In this document: positions 38,801 to 51,725 of the stretch, piece after piece
How the letters are laid out: each line of letters opens with the position of its first letter
How positions within the stretch are numbered: the stretch's first letter is position 1
Origin: Takakia lepidozioides
Lineage: Eukaryota > Plantae > Bryophyta
Length of the DNA: 64,000 nucleotides
Direction: 5' to 3'
NCBI GenBank assembly: GCA_030704615.1
Contig: CM060733.1
Location: forward strand, 51,832,001-51,896,000
Notes under the pieces: generated by a model
Database searches by the model: none
Told to the model about the DNA's origin: nothing
The model's input: the letters and a program-made list of their open reading frames with translations, nothing else
Position numbers and translations under genes: made by a program

Positions 38801-39668
38801 GTCTGAGAGTGAACAAAGAAGAGAAATCGAGCAAAAATGCGAAGAAGTGTCAAAGCATCGTCGAAGCTGAGTAGCAGTATCAGTTGAAAAGTGGCTATTC
38901 CTATGGGGGGGAATGGCTATTCATGGCTATTCCCAGGGGGAAATGGCCTAACTCTATAAGGGAAATGGAGGGGGAATAGGGTATTCCCGGAGGGAGAAAT
39001 AGCTATTCCCTTAGGAAATGGCTATTCCGAGGGGGAAATGGCCTAACTCTAGAAGGGAAATGGAGGGGGAATAGGCTATTCCCCAAGGAGAAATGGCTAT
39101 TTCCTTAGGAAATGGCTACTCCTAAGGGCAAAGCGCCAATGCTCGTTCAAATGCTGTCAACCAACATGTGTATCCAAGTGCCTGCATACATGTGTTGCTT
39201 TACGTGCTCTCCTTCCCTCCCTCATTGTGTGAGGCCTTCGCAAGTTTTCCGCGCGGCTTTGGCAGTGACTCTTTGGTTTTTTGTTCGCTTGTTGTTTGTT
39301 TGTTAGGTACACAGGTTCTCCCCTAAGCTCTTCTGCTTTGAGTTGACATTGTTAAGTTTGTTCCTTTTCCTCTATATTCCGATTCGGGTGTTTGTGGATT
39401 GGTAGGTTTTCTTGTTCTTTGATTTCGATTGGTTGTTCCCCGCCAGGATCTATACACTACTTCTTCTCTTCCTCGACTACAACCTTTCGAGATGCAGGGT
39501 CAGCAATTAGACAAACAAAAACACAATGGGTGGGGCTGGTTGATGTACTTAGCTACCTTTCAAGAACAAGCCAGTTACACTGAGAAACCCATAAGCATGG
39601 ATGCATGTCCAAAAATATCTTAAAAGCCTGAGATGTTGAAATAGATTACTGTCGATTAGTCATAGTCA

Positions 39669-39765
39669 CAAGTGGCAGTCCTCCAAGGACTATGTAGTTA
39701 CAAGTGGCAGTCCTCCAAGGACTAAGTAGCTACAAGTGGCGGTCCTCGGAGGACTAAGTAGTTAT
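39669..39765 (+). repeat. 32-bp tandem repeat x3 (CAAGTGGCAGTCCTCCAAGGACTAAGTAGTTA)
   Basis: Three consecutive units, each with the short inverted motif AGTCC-N5-GGACT. Confidence 0.85.
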
Positions 39766-41769
39766 AGGTGGATACTGTACCAGTTGTTTCAAAATTGCAT
39801 ACTGGATACTGGGGTAAAGGTGGATACATATGGATACTGTACCACTTGTTTCAGGGATATTGCTCTTCCAAATCTGATGACTGCAGCCACTAGTTTCTTA
39901 AACAGAGCTGGTCGCATTCTCCAGGATGGTAGCCTCCTCATGCTTGCAGAATTCAGCTCTCGCATATCAGGAGCAAAAAAGACCACTTGGCTGCCAATGA
40001 CAAGGATATCACTGCGCCCATGCCATACTCCATTGTGCACGTTGCTGGATTTCAATGTCCTTGCTTCCTAGAATTCAACGCATTAGTTGAATAACGTTAT
40101 AAATTTGTTAAAGCAACAAGAAGTCTGTCATGAAATCCATAATGGTTTGAATTCCATGACAGTACACTCTCCCATACCCACCATTGGCTGTACATACTCG
40201 TTTAGATATTTGTAAGTACTTTAAAAGATGTTCAATACACACACTCTCGGCCACCAAAATAGGCGAGTTGGCAACAGCCAGAACTTTATTATATTCACAG
40301 AGCTGCAGGTCAACTGTTTCATGGAATTGGATAGACGAGACCAAAACATATGGCCACCCATTTTAAGTTTGCAAATTAGAGATAGAAAGAGAAAGGCACT
40401 AGAGCAGTGAACCTGACATAGGGAGCAGAAGCCACACATGAGGTGATACAAATGGTCATCTATTGTGCTCACGACATCAGCACCTTTTGCCCTGCATGTC
40501 CCAAAGAGGTACACCCAACACCGGTATTGTACTTCAAGCTTTAGCTCAGGTTTTGCCTAGTCCAACTTACAGAACAAGACCAAAACTATATATCGTATTG
40601 GTGGGAAAACAAGAAATGAACAACCCATTGACACATTAAGCAAGGAATGGAACACGAAAAAATGAGAATAACACATTACGATGAGCCTCTCGAAATCCAC
40701 ATTTCCACTAGAGGCCAAGAAGGGCGCGGAATCATTGCTGTGATACAACAGAAGGGGTCAGAAAAGTGAAGTGTCTAGGGAGAGGAGAATCAGCTAAAAC
40801 TTACAACGATGTTGAATCTTCTTCGCATGCGTGCACGGTAATGGCCAGCATATATTGCCATGAAAAGCATCAGACTGAGAGTTCCATAAATGAACCATGG
40901 GGTACCTGTGCAAGCAAACGCAATGTAAAAAGACAGAGCTCCAATACAAAAGCAACAGATACACTCCGTTGGATGAAGGCTATCAAGACCATCAAATGCA
41001 TCTGGCACACCTTCATGAAATAAAATGTGGGCATACAAGGGTGCCATTCAATAAATCGTAAGACGTTCAAAAGGGGGTACAACCATCTTCCAATTGTTTT
41101 TTAAGCCCATCTATGCTTTACAATCAAATTATGGTCTCTCTGGTCTTGAGGGCAGCCATAAACAGCTGCTCCAAATCCAACAATGTCTGAAGCAAACATT
41201 CTCAGCATTCCACTATCATAAATATAAGATAAATTGCAGATTTGAATTGTGAAATCAAATGAATCCACCTTGCAAAGATGAATGTGGATGGAATGGCAAA
41301 AGCCAGTGGGGACTTTAGGAATTGGTGGAAGGTTGTCGAGGGAAAATACATTGTCAATGCTGACGTCATTGCAAGGTGCGTTGTGTTGAGTGACCATCAC
41401 AAATCTGCACGCATGAACCCTGAGAAATACTGAACTGACTCACTCTTCATATACAACCCTCTCCTGTCTACATCACATATCTTGTAAGACCACACATTTG
41501 ATGGTCGGGGTTGGGGGAAAAAACGTACTTCCCCCCAGCTTGTGCCAAATCCAGCTCTCTCCATGTTCTCCCCAAATGTGGCCCATGGGCAGCAACATCA
41601 CCGTTCAAATGAGGAACCTTTACAAGTAGCACTGTAAAAAGAAAAAGCAATGATCTCATTGTTTCATAACATGCACCAACAAATAACCAGGTAACCTTGA
41701 TTTTTGGCAAAACCAACGTTCTTTGGGTCCCCCACAAATGTAATTCTTCATTTTCTTCACAGAGGACTC

Positions 41770-42145
41770 CCATTGCAATGATAAAAAATGCTTAGCAGCA
41801 TATCTGCTTGAGGCATTGACTCTGAGACGGTCCCTTGTGAGAAGGGATGCTGATGCACGTTCAGGCATCTTTCAGTCTGGAGGCACCAAAAGAAGCAAAA
41901 CAACCACACCACAACATTTGGTTTCATATTGTTAATGATGATAAGCCCAAAAGCAATGGCCAGCCTCTCCCCATGGTGGCACAAAGACAATTCCTTGAGC
42001 TCCTCCTCCACATTGTGCAATACAAAGCGGTATTAGGCACATACCCAGCAAGCCCCCAACACCGCAAATTTTGGTTCAATTGGCATTATGTTCATGAAGT
42101 CCTCTGCCTCATCCAATCACCCTGCATGGCCAAGAAGGTCTCCAA
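41770..42145 (-). pseudogene. PPR E/DYW deaminase-domain fragment
   Basis: DLLGHAG*LDEAEDFMNIMPIEP joined to AGYVPNT and [27 protein letters not shown] (HxE motif). Confidence 0.8.
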
Positions 42146-42622
42146 AACCAGAATCTTGCACCCATGCTGGGCATATCCGCTACAGATACCACATCTTGTT
42201 CACAATTTACAGAGCACAATTCACATAGCATATTCACCAATAGATGCAAAAAGCCTTAAGTAAAATCAGCTCAAAATTTATCCATAGAGGGCATCCAGTT
42301 CAGATGCGTGTTTATGATATGCTAGACAACTGCAGAAACTATGTCCAACCCCAAGTTGCCCGAAGACATTCAAATGTATGAATGCACTCTATCTCGGCTT
42401 CTAGTGAATGCTACAAAAATTGAACCTCTAGACCAGTTTAGTTCCTGCTCGGCCCTTCCTTGCGTTGTCCCTTGTGCTGCTGGACCTGAGGTCTCATGTG
42501 TTGCTGGATCTGAACCTCAGGAGCTGTACTAGCCTCAGCAGCTGAAGACAAATGACCTGCAGAGCATATGATAATACAAATATGAGCCATTCATTTTGTT
42601 TCAAGTAAATGGACGATTTGCA

Positions 42623-44358
42623 TTAAACATTTGTAGTGAAGAGAGACTCACGCTCACGCATATGATGTTCCCTCTCCAATTGAACATTGTTCTTTTGTTC
42701 CTTCCACAATTTTGCATCATTCTTTGCATCAATAGCCACTTGTGGTTGTGCGCAGAGAAAGTTGATTGCAAATGCTCCCATGACCTTGTAGCCCACACTT
42801 TTCATCCACAGTGGGTGGACTTGCTTAGCACAACTGTTAATTCTGCACTGTGCAGAAGACTTCAGGTGTATGCCGAGGCAAATTGCATGGTAGAAATGGC
42901 CACATGACAACGTAATGGCATCCCAATCAAGAAACCCACCGTCACAAAGTGGACAAACATTGACTGAAAGTAAAGGGTGTTTTTGATGTGGAGGGTGAAG
43001 GATCCGTTTAGGGTTCATCTGAATGTCGTCCGGATTCTCCCCTCTCTTGACTTTTTTCAAGCTCATCCCACAACTCCTTTTTTTCACGCTCTCTTAATTC
43101 CAACAACTTGATGTTGCGGGCAATGAGCTCATTTGATCGTTGTAATGGTCATGTTGTGCATTGTATAACTTCTCTATCTCAATGACCCTCGCTTGGAGCA
43201 GTTTCTCCATGGTAGTAGCATTTTTGGCCCCCTCTTCCAATTGCTCCATTTTAGAGAGATATTCCTGCAGTAGGTTTTCCAAAGACTCTCGCTCATCTTT
43301 CTGCAGTAGGGTTTCCAAAGACTCTTGCTCCTGACTGAAACTGTCTTCCTGCACTTGATTCTCCAATTCCAGTAGTCTTGATTGCAGTAGCTTTTGATGT
43401 TCTCTGGCATTCTTCAAATCACAGGTTGTCTTGTCCAACTCAATCTTGGCATTGGACCATGTCATGTTGGTTTCAGTGGACTGAGACCGAAAGTTCTCCA
43501 ATCGAGAAGTTATTTCCTGTCTCTCCGTCTGCAGCACATCCATAGCCGCTTTCACCTCCTGGAGCTCGAATTCTCTGTCATCCACCATATTCCTCATGCA
43601 TACAATGTGCTCATTCAACTCTTCAATTTCCCTATTTTTCTTTTAGAGTGTATCATCGTGCTCCTCATACAATCGTTGCATATGAGCATGCAATTTTTCC
43701 TCTCGGACGATGGTTTTGTCACCAACTTGCAGAATTGCTTGTTGAAGCTCGATTTCGTACCTTCCCGGAGCAAGACACTCCGTCTTACTCCGACCAACTT
43801 GCAAGGGGTTGGCTTCAGCAGCAAAATCGGCCCAGTTCACGTCATTCCCCATTTTTTCCGTAACAAACCCCTTGCAGAATTCCGTACCAAGAAGGACAGT
43901 CTGTTGCAAAGCTCTTGAATACACCCTACGATACAATGACTCGATCTCGGGGAGGAGAGCTTGGTCAGCGATGTCCAGAACCTTGTATCCATTGCGATCG
44001 GTTTTGGGCCCAAACATCTTAAGCAAATCTACCTCTACCAACGAACTACCAACTTCTTTGCTTCATTATTCCTGAAATCCTTCTTGGGATCAATGCCATG
44101 GTGTGACAACCCCACAATCTCTCTAAAATACCATGCAGGGAGTGGTTGTCTAGGGTCCAAAGCTTTCACCCGAGCGTGAAATGCAACATCCAACCGGGGA
44201 CGTAATGCAACATGGCCAGAAGAGTGGGGGACTTCTAAACTGGCAGAGGACAAATGAAGCTGAAAGGGTATGATCTCTCTGCCCAGGACCTCCCCAACTA
44301 ATTCACACCCAGAAGCTGCAGTAGAACTTGAAGACGAAGTTGTAGGATCTTGAGACAT
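42623..44358 (-). pseudogene. Broken gene: unknown N-terminal domain + coiled coil + C-terminal RING-H2-like finger
   Basis: Four abutting ORFs (44035-44358, 43643-44041, 43094-43618, 42623-43087); CPLC..SCGHFYHAIC..CRINSC; E/Q/L-rich heptads. Confidence 0.7.
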
Positions 44359-45058
44359 ATTGAGGTTGAACCTAGAGACCTCTCTAGTTTCTTGTCAAAC
44401 AGTACTGGATGTGCTAGTATGTGGTGCTCTCTCTCAACACTTTGGCCCTGAAGTCACTGTTTAACACTTAAAGAGGAAGAAAAACAGGATGAAAGTGAGG
44501 AGAAACGATAACATGATCCAGATGATGTGTATACGGCAGCTGCATATAACGATGTTGACAAATTGCAGGGATCGTCGAGCAAGGAGGGTGCTCCGTGTCA
44601 GCTCCAGACGTTCGGCGGGTACCTCGCACTTCAATGGTGTGCCCTCAATAATCGCACTGCGGCTGCTCAATATCTTGTTAAGGTCTTCCCACCCTTGCCA
44701 TTTCCCCTTTATAGCTCTCTGGATTCACCCTCTCTCTCTCTCTCTCGCCCACCAGGTAGTCAGTGGTGTCACCCAGCCGATGGCCGCAAGGCTAAAGGCT
44801 AGAGCAAGGAAATGAATCAGTACATTCACGAGGTATGGCAACTACGAGAAATATCCCAAGCAAGAATCCTTTTGAACAAATTTTGATTGTGTTGCCTGAC
44901 CCCAGCCTAAATTTAGACTCTGGAAGATGAACCAAGAGGGAAAAAAATCCTTTTCTTCCTGTCTGGGACGTTTAGGAACCTATCTTGTAGTAGTAGATCC
45001 TCGAAAAAGTTGGCCTGTGAGCCCCTCCTCGACTTAGAGCCTTTCCAAGCGAAGAAAA

Positions 45059-45216
45059 GGTCCTTGGGGGACTCTTCGAAACATTAGGTATCGGGGAGAA
45101 AGAGTCCCCCAAGGACTCTTCAAACCGTTAGGTAACGGGGAGTCGGGCAGAAAGAGTCCTTGGGGGACTCTTTGAACCATTAGGTATGGCACATAAACAG
45201 TCCCCCAAGGACTCTT
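45059..45216. repeat. Four alternating-orientation AGTCCTTGGGGGACTC / AGTCCCCCAAGGACTC motifs
   Basis: Copies at ~45059, 45103, 45155 and 45199. Confidence 0.8.
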
Positions 45217-45829
45217 CGCGCCGCGCGAACCGCATGAGGTACACATATTCACTTTTGTCTCTCTGCCCTTGCGCGAGAAATTGGGGGAATAGCAAATCTC
45301 TCTCCATTTAGCCAATTCCCCCTGGCAATAGCCATTTCCTCCTCCATTTCCCTTGTAGAGTAAGGAGGGGAATAGCCATTTCCCCTTCGGAATAGCCATT
45401 CTCCCCTCAGAATAGCCACTCTTCCCTGTAGCATCGAAATGTTGTTGGCTTGCCACTTTGGTGCCTTGGGTGCTTCATCGACATGCTCAGGGCAAAGCTT
45501 ACCTGGGATACTGACATTACTATGCTTCGACACTGCATTGACACTGCACATCACTTGTTCGCTCGCCTTTGTTTCCTTGTAAGTGTTCAACTCAACATTA
45601 TGTGTCATTTTAGTTGTGTCATTTTAGGCTCGCCATAAGTAGACAATATCTTCAACAACATCGTCAGGGCCCACCTGCTTCATCGTCGTTGTCAGGAAAA
45701 CCTGCTTCATCGACGTTGTCAAGACTCCAAACTCGAATTTAGCTCCAAGTTTTCATTTTACTGTTTGTTGGTTGTATGTTAAATTTCAGAGTGTATTGGT
45801 TAGTCACATTAATTCGCAGAGTGTAGTCT

Positions 45830-46820
45830 TTGGCAAAAATTTACATTCAAACAACTAATGTACATATAAATGTGATGCACATGTATAGGGGCAGCGAAGT
45901 AGGAGCAACTTATGTCTACAGGAGGATGATTCAAATCAATGGAACAGATGAGTGTTTCTACTATACTAAAGAAGAATTCACGAGTGATATGGAAGATCTG
46001 CAGAAGAGTGTGGATTATAGCAATCATAATGTACCCATTGAAGACCCACGTCCTCTCATGTTTCGATGTTGGAAATGTAGCATCCAACCTATATCCATGA
46101 AAACCAATAAAGACATACCACTAAAGAAACCACAATTGAAACGTGACTATGATCGCCATCAGATGTCACATCATACCGCAAGACCGTTACTTGATAGTAT
46201 GTTTTTGATGAAACCTGAGGCGGGGGCCTTAATACTCTCTGATGGCACACTCAGTTCTCCAAGATGCAAACAGAATTGTGAATTTGCAAGGTATGTTGTG
46301 ATTTCATATAACACAAACATATATGATGATGAAATGACGTATTGCCGAAGCAAGCGTATAAACATATATATTATTTGTTTTCATTATGTTTAGTCTGTTT
46401 GACGATCATTCTATTGAAATGTTTGCTTATGTTTCTGTGATTGTGTGGAACGTTGATGTGCAGTTATGGCTACAACAAAAAAAACAAAACAATACCATTG
46501 CCTGGAGTATGGGTATCCGAAGCAAATCCAGCTTCATGTTCGGAGGTTGTTTTGTGTATTGAAGGACATGGTACCATCGTGCAACCTTTACCTCATGCTA
46601 ACGAGCCGCCGAGCCTTCAAATTCTTTACCATTCATTCCACAATTGGAAGAGAACTTGAAGGCTTTGGGAAACCAGCAAGAAGAAATTTCCAAGCGTTTG
46701 AAAGAAGCGGAAAATCGACTCCATTGGTCGGAGATTTTATTGAGATTGTACAAGCCAATCCAAGAACTACATGCATTGCAACAAGAAGTATTGTCTATTG
46801 AACGGTCAAGAATTGGTAAG
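45830..46820 (+). CDS. Hypothetical spliced gene (CxxC..H..H motif and a coiled-coil exon)
   Basis: ORF 45830-46393 with FRCWKC..HQMSHH and a GT donor near 46291; ORF 46644-46916 with heptad pattern and a GTAAG donor near 46816. Confidence 0.3.
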
Positions 46821-46974
46821 TCTTCTCTTGTCGTAAAAATAGATGACATGATTTGCTTCATATGTACATATTTGGATTTCAAGAAAATCTTGGTTCTCCT
46901 ATTGATCATATGGTAGGCATGATTTAACAGTCATGAATTAAATCGTTGTGGGCGCAGGTGATAGCCACTATAAG

Positions 46975-48635
46975 AGAACATTTCTTTTTTATTTTGTTTT
47001 CATTTTTGTTTGGTCCAAAGTTTGCAGGGATGTAGCGGTGGGAGGCTTGAAGCCGCACAACAAAATTGAGCCAAAAATAAAATCGATGCATAGCAGCAAC
47101 CCCAATCAAAGGCAGAGCACATGCGGGCAAAAGATGGGCCTCAACCTCATCTGTTCAATGGGTGCAATAGCCTTTCACCCATGAGAGCATTTCTTTTTTT
47201 TCCCAATGAACAAAATTGGATGACAGGTGAATGCCTCATTGGCCCATTGAACGAATTTCGTTGGATCTCATATTACTCTGGTACCTATCATACAGTACAT
47301 TAAACATACTGGCCAAGTCTCGAAGCGAACGAAAATCATTTCGATGGGCGACCATCTGTCGGCCCATTGAACGATTTTTGTTTCATCTCATATTACTCTG
47401 GGACCTCTTACATGGTACATTCAACATATTGGCCAAGTCTCAAAGCGAACCAAAATCATTTCGATGGGCAACCATTCGTTGAGCCATCGAATGAATTTCG
47501 TTTCATCTCATATTAGTGCGGGACATGCGAGAGGGTGTACCGAATGTACTGGCATAGTTTGAAAGCAAATAAAAGTGATTTGGATGGGCAACCATCCGTT
47601 GACCCATTCAATGAATTATGATTCATCTGCTATTACTCTGGGACCTGTTGAACTCCGTCTCGCGTGCACATGATTTTTTTTCCGTTCTGTTTTTAAACCG
47701 TATGTGTAATGACGACATATGTTACGTGCGTGCCAAATTTGGGAGTGAACAAAAATAATTTGGACCCAAAACCACAGTTTATTCCCTGTTTTGCACTCCA
47801 AACTTGATTTGCGTTCTATTACATGCAGTCTTTATAGAGAGTTCTGCAATAGTGAGCGAAGAAAACATTTCTTTTTTTTATTTTGTTTTTATTTTTGTTT
47901 GGTCCAAAGTTTTGCAGGGATGTAGCGGTGGGAGGCTTGAAGCCGCACAACAAAATTGAGCCAAAAATAAAATCGATGCATAGCAGCAACCCCAATCAAA
48001 GGCAGTGGAAACCTAATTATTTGCTTCAAATTCATTTAAATTCAATTAAATTCTCGAATCGGTTGAGGGGTGAGCACGTCCATGGGGAGGCAAATGATTT
48101 TTTTTCTTCTGTTGTATCTCCTCACATATGTTGCACACATGTTCAAGCACATGCGGGCACAAGCTGTGCCTCAACCTCATCTGTTCAATGGGTGCAATAG
48201 CCTTTCACCCATGAGAGTATTTCTTTTTCCCAATGAACAAAATTGGATGACAGGTGAAGACCTATCATATAGTACATTGAACATACTGGCAAAGTCTTGA
48301 AGTGAACGAAAATCATTTGGATTGGCAACCATCTGTTGGCCCATTGAACGATTTTCGTGTAATCTCATATTACTCTGGGACCTCTTACATGGTACATTCA
48401 ACATACTGGCCAAGTCTCAAAGCGAACCAAAATCATTTCGATGGGCAACCATTCGTTGAGCCATCGAATGAATTTCGTTTCATCTCATATTAGTGCGGGA
48501 CCTGATACATGGTATGTTGAACATAGTGGCAAATATTGAAAGCAAACGAAAATCATTTGGATGGTCAACCATTCAATCGCCCATTGAATGGATTTCGTTT
48601 CGTCTCATATTAGACGAGGACCTGTTACATGGTAT
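46975..48635 (+). repeat. Segmental duplication plus ~120-bp tandem units (subfamily A)
   Basis: 46975-47116 matches ~47862-48005; 47118-47232 matches 48148-48258; units with CAACATATTGGCCAAGTCTCAAAGCGAACCAAAATCATTTCGATGGGCAACC at 47236-47645 and 48260-48635. Confidence 0.85.
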
Positions 48636-48672
48636 GCCTTTTGAAGCTCTTTTTGTAGTGTCTTCTGCTTCT

Positions 48673-48854
48673 TAATGCGGTGCTTCTCCATGTCCATTTT
48701 TTCCAATGTTGATGTTCTCCACCTGGAACAAATCCACACATGTGTACAGAAATCCTTAAATAACAAAATGACCATCGGAACTTTTACAAGCCTCATCCCC
48801 AGCTTCAAGTTTTGATGGTCATTTGGTTTTTTAAGTATTTCTATACACATGTGT
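48673..48854. repeat. ~180-bp MITE-like dispersed repeat, copy 2
   Basis: Homologous to 33086-33267. Confidence 0.75.
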
Positions 48855-49264
48855 TACGTTGTTCCATCTTTTAATCAATTTTAATTCATGTCATACTATT
48901 CTGAGTTGTCTTCAGTATCAATTTCAAGGACTCTTTGATATTTTATGTTGAGGTTACATGTCGATTTAATTTATTCTATATATTTGTTTCTTGTGTTTTG
49001 TCTTTGGGTATACATTGGGTCCAAATCTTCCATTGTCTATTTGGACCATTGAAATATGAAAATTTCATCCTTAACAATCCCTTTGAATCCTTGAGTAGAC
49101 AATTCCACATTTTGTTTGCAGATAGTTTACCATACTCATATTTATGTTAGTTCATGTGATGTAATTCATTGTCAATTTATTTATTAAAGAGAAGTTATAA
49201 GGTTGGTATTTGGGGTTGATATTTTGACTTGGATATTGTAGGGTTGTTGTTTTGAGGGGATAGG

Positions 49265-51725
49265 ATTGTCCAGGATCTGTGAGAGGGTATGTAGAACATA
49301 CTCGCCAAGTTTGAAAAGAAGATGAAATCATTTAAATGGGAAACGGTTCGTTCTACTTTTGAATCAATTTCGATCCAGCCCATACTTGTCCAGGATATGT
49401 GAGAGGGTATGTAGAACGTACTGGCCATACTTGAAAATAGGATAAATCATTTGAATGGGGAATGGTGTGGTCCACTTTTAAATCAATTTTGGTCGAGCCT
49501 ATACTTGTCCAGGATCTGTGAGAGGTTATGTAGAACATAGTATTGGCCAAGTTTGAAAAGCTAAAATCATTTAAATGGGGAACAATTCGTTCCTCCTTTG
49601 AATCAATTCTCATTAGGTCATACTTGTCGAGGACCTATATGAGAGGGTATGTAGAACATACTAACAAAGTTTGAAAAGAAGATAAAATCGTTTAAATGGG
49701 GAATGGAGAGTTCCACCTTTGAATCAATTTTGATTGATCTCATACTTGTCCAGGACCTGTGGGACAATATATAGAACATATCAGCCAAGGTTACAAAGAA
49801 GATAAAATCATTTGGATGGGAAAAGGTTTGTTCTATGTTTGTATCAATTCTGATTGATCCCATACTTGTCCACGACCCATCAGAGGGTATGTATAACATA
49901 CTGGCAAAGTTTAAAAAGAAAAGGAATCATTTGGATGGCGAATAATCATTTAAATGGGGAACGGAGGGTTCCACCTTTGAATCAATTTTAATTGATCTCA
50001 AACTTGTCCAGGACCTCTCAGAGGGTACGTAAATAACATACTGGGCAAGTTTGAAAAGAAGATAAAATCATTTGTACGGGGAACAGTTTGAATTTCATAA
50101 CATTGATCCCATCATTTTGTCCATGACCTGTTAGAGAGTATGTAGAACATGTTAGGTAACTTTCAAAATAAAATAAAATCATGTGGATGGCGAAGAATTC
50201 GTTCACCCTTTGAATCAATTTTGAGTGATCCCATACCTGTCCAGGACTTGTCAAGGGGTATGTACAACATACTCACCAAGTTTGAAAAGAAGATAAATAC
50301 ATTTGAGTGGGGAACAAAGCAGTGAACCTTTGAATCAATTTTGATTGAGCCCATACTTGTCCAGGATCTGTGAGAGGGTACGTAGAATATACTGGCAAAG
50401 TTTGAAAAGAAGATAAAATCATTAAATGGGGAACGGTTTGTTCTACCTTTGAATCAATTTCCATTGAGCCCATACTTGTCCAGGACCTGTCAGGGGATAT
50501 GTAGAACATACTGGCAAAGTTTGAAAAGTATAAATAATTTAAATGGGGAACGGAGGGTTCCACATTTGAATTAATTTTAATTGATCCCATACTTGTCTAG
50601 GACCTATTAGAGGGTATGTATGACAAATTGGCCAAGTTTGAAAAGAAGGTAGAATCATTTAAATGCAGAAGGGGTTGTTCTATCTTTGTATCAATTCGGA
50701 TTGATCGCATACTTATCGAGGACGTATCAGCGGGTATGTAGACATACTGGCAAAGTTTGAAAAGAAGATAAAATCATTTGGATGACAAACGGTTGGTTCC
50801 ACCTTTGAATCGATTTTGAATGATCCCATACTTGTCCAGGACTTGTTAGAGGGTATATAGAACATACTGGCAAAGTTTAAAAAGAGGATAAAATCATTTG
50901 GAGGGCAAACGGTTGGTTCCACCTTTGAATCGATTTTGATTGATCCCATACTTGTCCATGACTTGTTAGAGGGTATGTATAACACTTTCCAAGTTTGAAT
51001 ATAAGAAGATAAAATCAATTGAATGTGGAACGTTGCGGTCCACATTTGAAGCAATTTTGATCTGGCCCATACTTGTCCAGGATCTATGAGAGGGTATGCA
51101 GAACATACTGGCAAAGTTTGAGAAGAATATTAAATCGTTAAAATGAAGAATGGATGGTTCCAACTTTGAATCAATTTCCATTGATCCCATACTTGTCTAG
51201 GACCTGTCAGAGGGTATGTAGAACATACTGGCAAAGTTTGAAAAGAAGATAAAATCATTTAAATGGGAAATGGTTAGTTCCATCTTTCAATCAATTTTGA
51301 TTGAGTCCATACTTGTCCAAGACTTGTCAGAGGGTATGTAGAACATATTTGTCAAGTTTGATAACAAGATAAAATCATTTGGGTGGGCATCAATTCGTTC
51401 ACCCTTTGAATCAATTTTAATTGATCGCATACTTGTGCAAGACCCGTCGGAGGGTATGTAAAGCATATTGGCCAAGTTTGAAAAGAAGAAAAACCGTTTA
51501 AATGAAGATCGGTTCGTTCCACCTGTGAATCAGTTTGTTTGATCCCATATTTGTCCATGATCTGTCAAAGTTTGAAAAGAACATACCAGCAAAGTTTGAA
51601 AAGAAAAGAAAATCATTTAAATAGGGAACGTTTTGTTCCATCATTTAATTAATTTTGATTTATGTCATATTTATACAACATATGTCAGATGGTATGTAGA
51701 GCATACTGGAACAGTTTGAAAACAA
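49265..51725 (+). repeat. Diverged ~120-bp satellite, about 20 copies (subfamily B)
   Basis: Consensus CATACTTGTCCAGGACCTGTCAGAGGGTATGTAGAACATACTGGCAAAGTTTGAAAAGAAGATAAAATCATTT..TTTGAATCAATTTTGATTGATCC; anchors near 49381, 49500, 49619, 49741 and 49861. Confidence 0.93.

Larger units (their letters stand above)
38881..45428. mobile_element. hAT-like non-autonomous element with long subterminal GGCTATTCC repeats
   Basis: Left end CAGTTGAAAAGTGGCTATTC vs right-end reverse complement CAGGGAAGAGTGGCTATTC; many GGCTATTCC/GGAATAGCC motifs at 38890-39125 and inverted at 45280-45420; no clean 8-bp TSD and no transposase recognised. Confidence 0.6.

Noticed and set aside
49195-51560. Repeated minus-strand ORFs (SWTSMGSIKIDSK) as a repeat protein
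   Set aside because: Translations of a 120-bp satellite with frequent indels and no frame conservation.
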